64,000 nt of DNA. It comes from Nemertoderma westbladi (lineage: Eukaryota; Animalia; Xenacoelomorpha). Positions 53,848-64,000 of the stretch are shown here, piece by piece. The stretch's first letter is position 1. Each line of letters starts with the position of its first letter. The notes under the pieces are model-generated. The model saw only the letters and a program-made list of their open reading frames with translations, had not been told where the DNA came from and did not search any database. The stretch is from positions 1-64,000 of the forward strand of contig JAUCBJ010009051.1 of assembly GCA_032718475.1 (NCBI GenBank), given 5' to 3'. A program made the position numbers and the translations under genes.

Positions 53848-55012
53848 TGACCGGGCCTGGGCCTGGTCTGCGACAAGGCTTGCCGGGCCGTTAAACCGTG
53901 CTGAAAATAAATGAATGATGTCATGGGCCGTAATTGTTGAATTATATATATACTCGAGAGCATATAGACTCGAGTATATATGAGAGCGCAAAGAGGACAA
54001 GAGCGCAAACCAGTTACACTGGCATTTATTTATCAATAGAATAAAAGTCCAAATTAAAAATGACGGTACATATTGTATATGGTATAAAACAAACAGATAT
54101 TGATAAAAAATATTTAATTGATGTTAAAATATTCCGATTCGCTTGTGTTTTTGTTTAAATTTCAGACCTAACACGCTATATGTCAGCTTAATAAAAGATA
54201 CGGATAGAGTTTCTTGCATTGTTAGAGACCCCGGCCTTATTTCTGATTTAATAAAAGATACGGATAGAGTTTCTTGCATTGTTAGAGACCCCGGCCTTAT
54301 TTCTGATTTAATAAAAGATACGGATAGAGTTTCTTGCATTGTTAGAGACCCCGGCCTTATTTCTGATTTAATAAAAGATACGGATAGAGTTTCTTGCATT
54401 GTTAGAGACCCCGGCCTTATTTCTGATTTAATAAAAGATACGGATAGAGTTTCTTGCATTGTTAGAGACCCCGGCCTTATTTCTGATTTAATAAAAGATA
54501 CGGTTAGAGTTTCTTGCATTGTTAGAGACCCCGGCCTTATTTCTGATTTAATAAAAGATACGGATAGAGTTTCTTGCATTGTTAGAGACCCCGGCCTTAT
54601 TTCTGATTTAATAAAAGATACGGATAGAGTTTCTTGCATTGTTAGAGACCCCGGCCTTATTTCTGATTTAATAAAAGATACGGTTAGAGTTTCTTGCATT
54701 GTTAGAGACCCCGGCCTTATTTCTGATTTAATAAAAGATACGGATAGAGTTTCTTGCATTGTTAGAGACCCCGGCCTTATTTCTGATTTAATAAAAGATA
54801 CGGATAGAGTTTCTTGCATTGTTAGAGACCCCGGCCTTATTTCTGATTTAATAAAAGATACGGATAGAGTTTCTTGCATTGTTAGAGACCCCGGCCTTAT
54901 TTCTGATTTAATAAAAGATACGGATAGAGTTTCTTGCATTGTTAGAGACCCCGGCCTTATTTCTGATTTAACCAAGTTCGTGTGACAGTGAACGCGTGTG
55001 ACGTGTGACAGA
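53845..55012 (-). mobile_element. Candidate non-autonomous Helitron/Helentron-like element carrying a 60-bp internal array
   Basis: On the minus strand it starts A|TC (55013|55012) where LINE homology fades and ends with a GC-rich 8-bp-stem hairpin (53849-53868) followed by aCTA. A 13-bp inverted repeat lies at 53946-53958/53969-53981. The terminus is CTAT, not canonical CTRR. Confidence 0.4.
54188..54971. repeat. 60-bp tandem array, 13 near-identical copies
   Basis: ttaataaaagatacggatagagtttcttgcattgttagagaccccggccttatttctgat; only one variant position (A>T), seen in two copies 180 bp apart. Confidence 0.99.
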
Positions 55013-56670
55013 TGGTATCGGAAAGTTCATTGATGCCGACTTGTATGTGCTTCCCAATCCTTGATATTTAAGTTTCTTATTCTCAAGTAGTAATATTAAT
55101 AATACCTTTTGGATGCTTCAGTTAGGACAGCTAGATATTCGTATAATGATCGCCAGAATTTCCTGGAATATTTGCATTCGGAGAGGCATTGTTTGTGAGA
55201 ACTCGTGGATTACCTGATTGTTGGCATAGCAACCCAAGTGCAAGATCCCACGTATAATCTTTCGGTAAGTAACGTCAACTCCATCCCTGTCATGTTCAGA
55301 AAGGCCCCCTAGATAAAATCTCGTGCTGTATAGAATCTTCGGCACAGCATATGAACCCAGGGTCCAAAGCTTTGCTATTGTATCTAAACTAAACCACTCT
55401 GGTGTGCAACTATGGCGGTGAAACTCGTAGGCAATTCCATACAAGATGCTGTCAATTTCTCCCCTCAATTTGTCTGAATTCGAAAAAATCTTAACTCCAA
55501 GAAATTTGATTTGGTTGCAAGGTATTAGAAGTTTTCCATTAATATTTAGTACATTCGATTCTTCGAATTTACTTGATATACAAATCCATTTAGTTTTGGA
55601 CTGCTCCATCCCCAGATCTATTTTAGAAGCGCCGTCTTTCAATATTTTGGCCAGCCTTGTGATGTCTCCCTTATACGTTGTAAGGAGTAAATAGCCGTCA
55701 GCATAGCACACTGCTCCTAACCACACTGAAGAGATCGTACATCCAATCTGAGACTTCTCCATTTCATACATAATGTCTGATGTATATAAGTTAAATAGTA
55801 GAGGCGACAGAATTGACCCCTTTTTGACCCCATTGGATAGTGAGAAACCTTTAATGTCTACAAGGTTATCAAATTTACAATACATTATAATTACATTGTA
55901 GTAACTCATTAACAATAGTGTTGTGTATGGGTCTAAATATCCAGAAAGTTTTCTGAACAGCTTCTCGTGATTTACGCTGCCAAATGCGGAAGCTATATCC
56001 ATTTGGCAGAGGTACATTGGTACCTTCCTCTCGCGGTAGTATTCAATACTTTCTAGAATCAAAGATATTCAAGGTCGGCTCCATTTTTTTTTCCTATATG
56101 CTGTCTGCAGCAACCCATGAATTTTTAGGTCTGTGAAAGTTGTTATCCTGTATGCTATTACTCCCTCCAATACTTTACCAAACACACTTAGGCATGATAC
56201 TGGCCGATAAGATGATGGTTGTTGTGCATCCCTTCCTCCACCTTTAAAGATACTGCTGATTATAGTTTTGCCTAAGAGTGTTGGTACGCTGTGTAGTCTC
56301 ATAGCAACGGCAAAAACGGTTTCTAGTTGAACGCTAATTATGTCAATGTCCAAACATTGCAAATGTTCAGATGTAAGAGAGGCGAAGTCTAATGCTTTTC
56401 CATGTGGAAATTGCCTAATAATTCTGGCAATCTCTACTGAGCTAAATATTGGGATCTTGTCATTACACTTTTCCAGTAACTCGTATCTTAAGCTTTCAAC
56501 ATTTTTGTCGGTATTCTTAGGTTTGTTTAATTTTTCTTGCAGGAATTCCCTAATATTCATCTTCAACTTGTCTGCTGTGTTGGCCCGAACTTGTCCTTTC
56601 ATTTTTTCTTTCTTTGTGTAGTTTTTCCAGAATTTTTTGGCAGAGTTGGTATTTGGTATAGTTTCGTTTC
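55013..56670 (-). pseudogene. Decayed 5'-truncated non-LTR retrotransposon RT region
   Basis: Minus ORFs 56069-56602 and 55118-56062 with KFWK upstream, GKALD, SSYRPVS, QTAYR, DIASAFGSV, GVKKGSILSPLLF, YADG (catalytic YADD mutated) and KFLG; frameshifts and stops. Boundaries approximate. Confidence 0.85.
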
Positions 56671-56671
56671 A

Positions 56672-56818
<147 letters not shown>

Positions 56819-56959
56819 CTAGATTAATAAATTATATTTAAACCAATCACAGAAGAAGATTAAATAAAAAATACGGTTTAATAGAACATCAACAGTCAAC
56901 ATTTGGATCCAAACAATCCAATATCGTTAACAAATGGGCCGATATACAGACTCGGGGTA

Positions 56960-57252
56960 ACTTTATTTGCAAACTAACAAAAAGTTAATTTTCTTCGCCA
57001 CTAGGCCAGGGATTACGCACAAAGTCTGACGACTTATTTCCAATGGGGTACGGTCCCCCCAGAACTTTACTCCCCTGAAGAAACTCCAGTACTCATTTAC
57101 CTACTACTTAAGGATTCAAGGCAGAGATGCGCCCTGCTGGTCCCTTCAAAGTATTCGTGCCGAAACGAAAACTTCCCTGGCCCTTGTGAGGATCGAACCC
57201 AAAACCTACAGAAGATGTGAATTCAATGCAACCACTACACCGAGGTGGAACC
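56960..57252 (-). mobile_element. tRNA-derived SINE inside the 619-bp CK2 alpha intron
   Basis: Minus strand has box A-like cggtgtagtgg (57232-57242) and box B ggttcgatcc (57190-57199), then a central gtaaatgagtactggagtttcttcaggggagtaaag resembling the Nin/Deu SINE domain. 3' end approximate. Confidence 0.7.
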
Positions 57253-57413
57253 TGGTGTGATTTGTTTGTTGGTGTGATCAGTAAAATTTCAGGGCGAAAT
57301 GTTTATTAATTCGTAATTAACTAATGAATATATGACGTATTAATTATAATATTAAGGTGGGATATAAGGGTCTAGGCCGTCTCACCGGTCATATAAAGTA
57401 TTCTCACCCGTCA

Positions 57414-57632
<219 letters not shown>

Positions 57633-57770
57633 CTACAGGAGATAAACACCATATTTAGAGGTCTAGAGGCCACACCACACCACCCCCGAGACCCATTGTG
57701 TCTACGGTGCTATGACAACGCAGGTTGTTCGCAGGAATAAAGTAGTACAAGGTATTTCAATGCTACTTAA

Positions 57771-58905
57771 CCCTATTACCACTGGGGGGGGGGGGGGGGG
57801 GGGCGAATCGGCCCCTTCCTAGTTTTTAGTTGCTGTAACTATGCAACCACATTACGTACCGGCCCAATTTTTTGTGAGAATTAGCCAAATTTAATGCCGC
57901 ATCTTTTGCAAAAAACGCCGTTGCAATTGGATTTCTACTTTTCGATGTGGGTGCCACCACAAAATTTGGTCTACAGCACCAAATTTTTTGAAATTTTCGA
58001 ATTTTACAAAGTCATTCGTGATTTAGTAATTATTTATGTTTGGGCTATTTTTATTTATTTTTATTGGTTTGGATCACTCTAATGCTCTATACAAGTACGT
58101 AAGTGTAGTGGTTCGCCATTTTTGGTGCACCAAAATTAGGGCGTGGCACTTCAAATTTTGAAAAATACGAGATTCGGAAAATTCACTAAAGTTTTGATTT
58201 CAAATTAATTTTATAGGTTTTCTGGAGCGCTGAATCGATTGAAAGTATTATAGAAGCATCAAATCCTTTGTGTACGTAATTTTCGGTGCACCAAAATTAG
58301 GGCGTGGCACTTCAAATTTTCAAAATTACTTTATTCGGAAAAAACACTATAAAGTTTTGATTTCAAAAAATGGCTAACTTCTAAGTCTTCAGGCTTCTAT
58401 ATTACTTTCAATCGATTCAGCGGTCTGGAAAACCTATATAAATTCGTTAAAATTTAAATTTGGGTTTATTTTCCGAATCTCGTATTTTTCAAAATTTGAA
58501 GTGCCACGCCCTAATTTTGGTGCACCAAAAATGGCGAACCACTCAGTCTTCAGGCTTCTATATTACTTTCAATCGATTCAGCGGCCCAGAAAACCCATAA
58601 AGATGCGTTGAAATAAAAAAATTAGGGGCATTTTCTGAATATCTAATTTTTCAAAATTTGAAGTGCCACGCCCACTTCTTAGGTGCACGAAAAATAGCAT
58701 CCACTTTTTTGGAAGTGGAATATAATCACATTCGATTCAGCGTCTTGAAAAACCTACTAAATCTAGCCAACACTGCCACACTATTAGTTTTTAGAAAACG
58801 AAAAATTTTGTAATTTTGTCCTGGGACTACTTTTATTTTTCATCAAAATTATGAGTCCCTGCTTATGAAATATTAATTTTTTAAGGTTTGGTAGTGTTCA
58901 TCTAT
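57771..58905. mobile_element. TTAA|CCCT-starting non-autonomous DNA transposon with internal direct and inverted modules, right end missing
   Basis: TTAA at 57767-57770, then ccctattaccact and a long G run. Module ggtgcaccaaaattagggcgtggcacttcaaattttg occurs twice forward and twice reversed; perfect 76-bp inverted repeat 58107-58182/58468-58543. Confidence 0.6.
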
Positions 58906-58907
58906 AA

Positions 58908-61900
58908 TTACCATGGAAGTTAGCACCTAGCAGTTTGCAGGACCACTATTGTCTGTGTCTTAAACAACTAGCATCATTAATACACAGATTACAGAAGATG
59001 GGCATTTTACAAAGATATCATGACGTCATAACGGATCATCTTTCCAAAGGCTATATCGAACCAGTAGATCATAGGGAACCAATAAGTAAGGATCAAGTAG
59101 CACATTACATTCCACATCATGGGGTGTTGAGAGAAACTCGATTAAGCACAAAATTAAGAGTTGTATTTAATGCATCAGCTAGAACATTTCCTACCGACCT
59201 ATCATTGAATGATTGTTTAGAATCTGGCTCGCATTTATTTCCAAATTTGTGTCATTCATTGCTACACTTCAGGCTTCACAGCATAGGAATCACTGCCGAT
59301 ATTGAACAAGCCTTCCTACGCTGCCAGGTAAATGAAAATGATCAAAACTGTTTACGTTTTTTGTGGATTAAAAGCTGCTCAGGCATTGTTATTGAAGAAG
59401 CAAACATACAGGCATATCGATACACAAGGGCTCTTTTTGGGCTCACTTGTTCACCTCATATTTTGGGAGGGATTGTAAAGCACCATTTGGACATAGAATC
59501 AGAAAGAACGGATCTACAACAGAGTGAAAGGGATGCTATTGAGAAGTTGCGTGAGATTCATGTGGACGATTTATGTTCAGGAGCCAATTCGGTAGAAGAA
59601 GGTAGATTGTTGCAAACAACATGCAAATCTATTTTAGGACGGGCGGGATTTAAAATTAGACGGTGGACCACAAATAGTTGTGAGTTACAAAGAATGTTTA
59701 ATACAGTTGAAGAAAGGGCAAGCAACTGTAATAATCGCACAGCAGAAAGTATAATTGAGGAAGATCAATCATTTGCAAAAACGAATCTCAGTTTATCACC
59801 ACCTCAAACGAATACTGTAAGACGCGTGCTTGGTCAATGTTGGGATTTGTCAACAGATACACTTGGCTATGACGTTTTGCCAGTATATAGCTTTATTGCA
59901 ACTCTCCCTTTAACAAAAAAAGTCATTCTTCAACTTTCAGCAAGGTTGTACGACCCTCTTGGTTTACTTTCACCATTTACGGCTCAATTTAAGGTCATGT
60001 TTCAAGAACTTTGTAAGACTAAAGTAAGTTTAGAGTGGAATAGTCCATTACCAGATCATATGGTTAAGGTATTCAAGAAATGGTTAGAAGATATACCTCA
60101 TATAAATAATATAACTGTGCCACGATATCTATTTGACACTACAAGAGACATTGCTACGTTTGAAATACACGGATTCTCAGACGCTAGCAAATATATTTAT
60201 GCAGGTGTGGCATATATTCGCACAACTTACACAGATAACACATCAAGTGTGAAACTATTAGCATCGAAAGCAAAGGTTAACCCAGTACCAAAAAAGGGAA
60301 ACTCTTTGGGTACACCACGACTCGAACTCTTAGGAGCACTCATTATGATAAGATTAATTACATTTGTCAAACAAGGTCTAAAATTACCATGCAAAGTTTA
60401 CTTGTGGTCAGATGCAGTAGATGTAATTTACTGGATAAAAGCGACTAGTTCAAACTGCAAACAGTGGGTTCAATCCAGGGTTACGGAGATACGTTCATTA
60501 ACTCAACAATTGAAAGGCCAGTGGCGGTTTTGTCCAGGAATACAAAATCCGGCCGACTTACCCACAAGAGGTATGACAGTAGAACAACTCATAAAGGCAA
60601 CTACTTGGTTCAATGGCCCAAAGTTCTTAAGCGCAGAAGAGGAAACTTGGCCGAACAAATTAGTTATAGATCCAATAGAGGTATCCCAAGATTGTCTAAA
60701 GGAATTCAAATCATCCATTGTAGCTGTTACGACCATTAAATCACCCGATGAAGTTATTAGCAATTGTTTCCCATACTCCAATTATAGCAATCATACTGTA
60801 ATTATACGAAAGCTTGCGTGGGTGCTCAGGTTTGTGAGCAACATTCGAGCTAGCATACACAAACATCCGCTTTCCCTAAGTGTAGTTCCTTCGGCAGAAG
60901 AAATGACTCAAGCGGAAATTACACTACTTCGAATGATACAATTAGAACATTATAAACCAGAATTAGAATACTTGCAACAACCGAAACGTGGTCGATGTCC
61001 AAACATTATTAAGCAATTAAACTTATTTATTGACCACCAAGGTGTATTACGCTCCAAAGGTAGAGCACAGACCCCATACTTAACATGGCAGGCTCAAAAT
61101 CCAATACTACTCCCACCGAAAGATCATTTCACTAAGCTAGTAATTTTAAATGCTCATCATAAAGTTATGCATTCACGTGTAAGAGACACGCTGGTACAAA
61201 TACGGGAAAGATATTGGATCCCCCGAGCGCGTCAAGTCATTAAGAATGTTTTACGAAACTGTGTAACCTGTAAAAGAACACAAGGCAGACCTTATACAAA
61301 ACAGGAAACAAGTCCTTTGCCCATTGAACGCATGACTATCGACACAAGTCCCTTTACTAATGTCGGGATAGATTTTGCAGGACCAGTGATGGCAGTTAGA
61401 TCTCTTTCCGATCCGATCGGTTCAACATTTAAGGTTTATATATGTCTGTTCACTTGTGTCGTAGTAAGAGCAGTGCACTTGGAACTCGTGACCAGCTTAA
61501 GTGTTGCAGCATTTATCAGTGCATTCCGACGATTTATAGCAAGACGTGGAGTTCCAGCATTAATTTTTAGTGACAATGCTTCTACATTCAAACGATCAGC
61601 AGCAGATATCAAACTGTATAACAAATTTCTTGACAGTGACATAGTACGCAAGGAGTTTGGAGAACTCTTAACAAAATGGGTATTTAATGTAGAACGCTAC
61701 CCGGCGGCATATGGCTTTATAGAGCGTTTGGTCGGTGTGACCAAAGGAGTTCTTCGCAAGACGTTAGGGAGAGCAGTTTTAACTGAAGAGGAAATTCGTA
61801 CTGTACTTACATCATGTGAGGCAGTTGTTAATAGCAGACCACTAACCTTTATTTATAGCGACAGCAAAGAAAATTACCAGATATTGACACCCAGCCATTT

Positions 61901-62471
61901 CTTGGTAGGAAAAAGACTTTGTGCACTTCCATCCCCTACCGTAAAATCAATTAATCTAGATTTGTCTCGAACGAATCTTATAAATCGACTTAAATATCAA
62001 GAAAGAGCGTCCAATTTATATTGGAAATTATTTCGTGAAGAATACGTCGCAGAACTTCGGCAACACCATCGTTCCCAAAATCACAATAACAGGAACACAA
62101 TCATCCCTAAGGTTGGAGATATGTGTTTACTTCTTGATGAAAAACTTCCAAGATGTCTCTGGAAGTTGTGTATGGTTAACAAGTTGATAGTAAGTCGTGA
62201 TGGAGTTATTCGCGCAATAACAGTAAATGTTGCTGAAAGAGGTCGGGAAGCAAGACTTCTTACTCGTTCCATACGTTATGTTATTCTATTGGAAATAACA
62301 GCGGACAAACCAACTGACACGACTATTAAACCAGATAAAGATAATCTCAAGCCAGTTCTTCCAGTAGAAAATAAGATAACAAACGATGAGACAGCGATCA
62401 TAACTGACAATTCTCGTCTTTCACGCTTGGCTAAGAGAAAAATAAAACCAGGATTTTACAATGCAAAATAA
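58908..62471 (+). CDS. Bel/Pao LTR retrotransposon pol (RT-RNase H-integrase), 5'-truncated, no gag or protease
   Basis: LPWK from 58908, HYIPHHGV, KLRVVFNAS, ADIEQAF, LFGLTCSP, HVDD, YDPLG, HGFSDAS, PRLEL, NPADLPTRG, HHCC zinc finger, IDFAGP, SDNA, IERLVG. Open for over 1170 codons. Confidence 0.95.
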   Translation, partial: LPWKLAPSSLQDHYCLCLKQLASLIHRLQKMGILQRYHDVITDHLSKGYIEPVDHREPISKDQVAHYIPHHGVLRETRLSTKLRVVFNASARTFPTDLSLNDCLESGSHLFPNLCHSLLHFRLHSIGITADIEQAFLRCQVNENDQNCLRFLWIKSCSGIVIEEANIQAYRYTRALFGLTCSPHILGGIVKHHLDIESERTDLQQSERDAIEKLREIHVDDLCSGANSVEEGRLLQTTCKSILGRAGFKIRRWTTNSCELQRMFNTVEERASNCNNRTAESIIEEDQSFAKTNLSLSPPQTNTVRRVLGQCWDLSTDTLGYDVLPVYSFIATLPLTKKVILQLSARLYDPLGLLSPFTAQFKVMFQELCKTKVSLEWNSPLPDHMVKVFKKWLEDIPHINNITVPRYLFDTTRDIATFEIHGFSDASKYIYAGVAYIRTTYTDNTSSVKLLASKAKVNPVPKKGNSLGTPRLELLGALIMIRLITFVKQGLKLPCKVYLWSDAVDVIYWIKATSSNCKQWVQSRVTEIRSLTQQLKGQWRFCPGIQNPADLPTRGMTVEQLIKATTWFNGPKFLSAEEETWPNKLVIDPIEVSQDCLKEFKSSIVAVTTIKSPDEVISNCFPYSNYSNHTVIIRKLAWVLRFVSNIRASIHKHPLSLSVVPSAEEMTQAEITLLRMIQLEHYKPELEYLQQPKRGRCPNIIKQLNLFIDHQGVLRSKGRAQTPYLTWQAQNPILLPPKDHFTKLVILNAHHKVMHSRVRDTLVQIRERYWIPRARQVIKNVLRNCVTCKRTQGRPYTKQETSPLPIERMTIDTSPFTNVGIDFAGPVMAVRSLSDPIGSTFKVYICLFTCVVVRAVHLELVTSLSVAAFISAFRRFIARRGVPALIFSDNASTFKRSAADIKLYNKFLDSDIVRKEFGELLTKWVFNVERYPAAYGFIERLVGVTKGVLRKTLGRAVLTEEEIRTVLTSCEAVVNSRPLTFIYSDSKENYQILTPSHFLVGKRLCALPSPTVKSINLDLSRTNLINRLKYQERASNLYWKLFREEYVAELRQHHRSQNHNNRNTIIPKVGDMCLLLDEKLPRCLWKLCMVNKLIVSRDGVIRAITVNVAERGREARLLTRSIRYVILLEITADKPTDTTIKPDKDNLKPVLPVENKITNDETAIITDNSRLSRLAKRKIKPGFYNAK

Positions 62472-62748
62472 TTACATACAGTATTGAACAAATTCGAGTT
62501 GGATTATGTAACTTTATCATATATTTAGTGAATAATTGTGTTCTACTTAGTATTATACAAGTAAGATTATTGTTTATATAGCGGAAACGTATGTAAGTTT
62601 ATGTAGTACTGTAAATGAAAATTACTTTCAATTTACAATTATGTACTGTAGAATTTATTTATTGTGTTGAGGGATAAATCATATCAGTACAGTAGTGTTA
62701 TGTAATTATTTTATTGATTTAGATTTTGCATGATATGCAAGGGAGGAG

Positions 62749-63030
62749 TGTCGTGCAATATATTATTTTATCCACTTATGAGATCATACCTCACACTTAC
62801 ATTAATTGATTTACTGTGCAAACAATATGATACAAGTTACAGTACCACTTTATGTGCCAACATGTGTTCGACTCATACTATAATTAATTTGATATATGAA
62901 GTATTGTGGTGACGGGATTTGTGTAGATTAATTAACATTTATATTATCAAGAAAACAGTAAAGTTTTACATTAAAAGATCATTTTCCATTACAACCAAGT
63001 AATTGGTTGATACTTGATACATGTACGACA
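62749..63030 (+). mobile_element. 3' LTR (282 bp) of the Bel/Pao element
   Basis: Polypurine tract aagggaggag at 62739-62748 immediately upstream; termini TGTCGT...ACGACA are inverted repeats; ATTAAA near 62970. Confidence 0.85.
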
Positions 63031-63568
63031 ACTGCAGTGTACTTTACTTTACTGCAGTGTACTTTACTTTACTGCAGTGTACTTTATTTTACTGCAATGT
63101 ACATCACTTTACTGCAGTGTACTTTACTTTACTGCAGTGTTCTTTACCTTACTCCCAGTGTACATTACTTTACTGCAGTGTACTTTACTTTAAGGCAGTG
63201 TACTTTACTTTACTTCAGTGTACTTTACTTTACTGCAGTGTACTTTACTTTACTGCAGTGTACTTTACATTACAGCAGTGTACTTTACTTTACTGCAGTG
63301 TACTTTACTTTACTGCAGTGTACTTTACTTTACTGCAGTGTACTTTACTTTACTGCAGTGTACTTTACTTTACTGCAGTGTACTTTACTTTACTGCAGTG
63401 TACTTTACTTTACTGCAGTGTACTTTACTTTACTGCAGTGTACTTTACTTTACTGCAGTGTACTTTACTTTACTGCAGTGTACTTTACTTTACTGCAGTG
63501 TACTTTATTTTACTGCAATGTACATTACTTTACTGCAGTGTACTTTACTTTACTGCAGTGTACTTTAC
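63031..63568. repeat. 20-bp minisatellite (actgcagtgtactttacttt), about 27 copies
   Basis: Direct inspection; begins at the base after the LTR end. Confidence 0.97.
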
Positions 63569-63900
63569 CTACTGCTTAAGGAACGACTATCTCCCCCAGA
63601 AGTCTCAGCAGTTTCTCAAATGTCAGCTAATTTTATTTCAAACACTTTTTCAATACCAGGTGTATCTTTTCGTTCAAAGCATAAGCACATAAAAGAATAT
63701 TTCAGAATATTTGAATTATGAGATATGATAGCCTGTGAATTTTCCATTTTAAGTTGCATTATGTCGCGCACTTAGTAGCCTATTTTGTTATGTAAACCAA
63801 GTAGATTACACTGTACTTGTGCAGTTTCTAGATCTAAGGAGATTTACCCTCTGTATTTTCGCGATCTTGGGTTCCATACAGTATGTCGTGCATTTTAGCG

Positions 63901-64000
63901 GTAGGAGACTACCCACCCAGTACCCAGTGCAGATTTCTCGGGTTTCTAAATGTAAATCTAGTAGGAGTCTACCCAGTACCCAGTGCAGATTTCTCGATTT
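63901..64000. repeat. Start of a ~60-bp tandem repeat at the window edge
   Basis: gtaggag(a/t)ctaccc...cagtacccagtgcagatttctcg occurs at 63901 and 63961. Confidence 0.55.

Noticed and set aside
41204-54036. Many minus-strand ORFs (YLGSDFPLL / CYTWVLTSL repeats) and open plus frames (SEPRYNRGK, QNPGTTEGS)
   Set aside because: Translation of a 27-bp repeat. Frequent 20- and 26-bp variants shift the frame freely, so there is no coding constraint.
54124-54985. 280-aa and 283-aa ORFs on opposite strands
   Set aside because: Both result from a stop-free 60-bp unit repeated 13 times, with non-ATG starts and no domain.
57180-57252. tRNA gene
   Set aside because: A and B boxes are present but I could not fold a convincing cloverleaf, and it continues into a SINE-like body.
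63007-63721. Three overlapping ORFs rich in Y/F/T/L/C
   Set aside because: Translation of the 20-bp minisatellite.

Overview
AT-rich animal (probably invertebrate) nuclear DNA. About 70% is tandem repeat: a ~34-kb 61-bp satellite (2431-38124), a ~10-kb 27-bp satellite (41444-53847), and smaller 32-, 24-, 60- and 20-bp arrays. Four RT-encoding retroelement pieces lie inside or against these arrays: a 5'-truncated RTE-type LINE with a TSD inside the 61-mer, a LINE fragment truncated at both ends inside the 27-mer, a decayed minus-strand LINE next to the 60-mer, and a 5'-truncated Bel/Pao element whose 3' LTR abuts the 20-mer. Also present are a PIF/Harbinger-like MITE, two TTAA/CCCT-ended (piggyBac-like) elements, a Helitron-like element, a tRNA-derived SINE and a perfect 60-bp hairpin. 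Host genes are an uninterrupted F-box/LRR-like ORF (38519-40078, +) between the two big satellites and two intact internal exons of protein kinase CK2 alpha (minus strand). I could not find the other CK2 exons, so either one intron exceeds 56 kb and holds the satellites and the antisense F-box gene, or these exons are a partial duplicate. Most long ORFs in the track are repeat translation artefacts. All family assignments come from motif recognition by eye; no database search was run.
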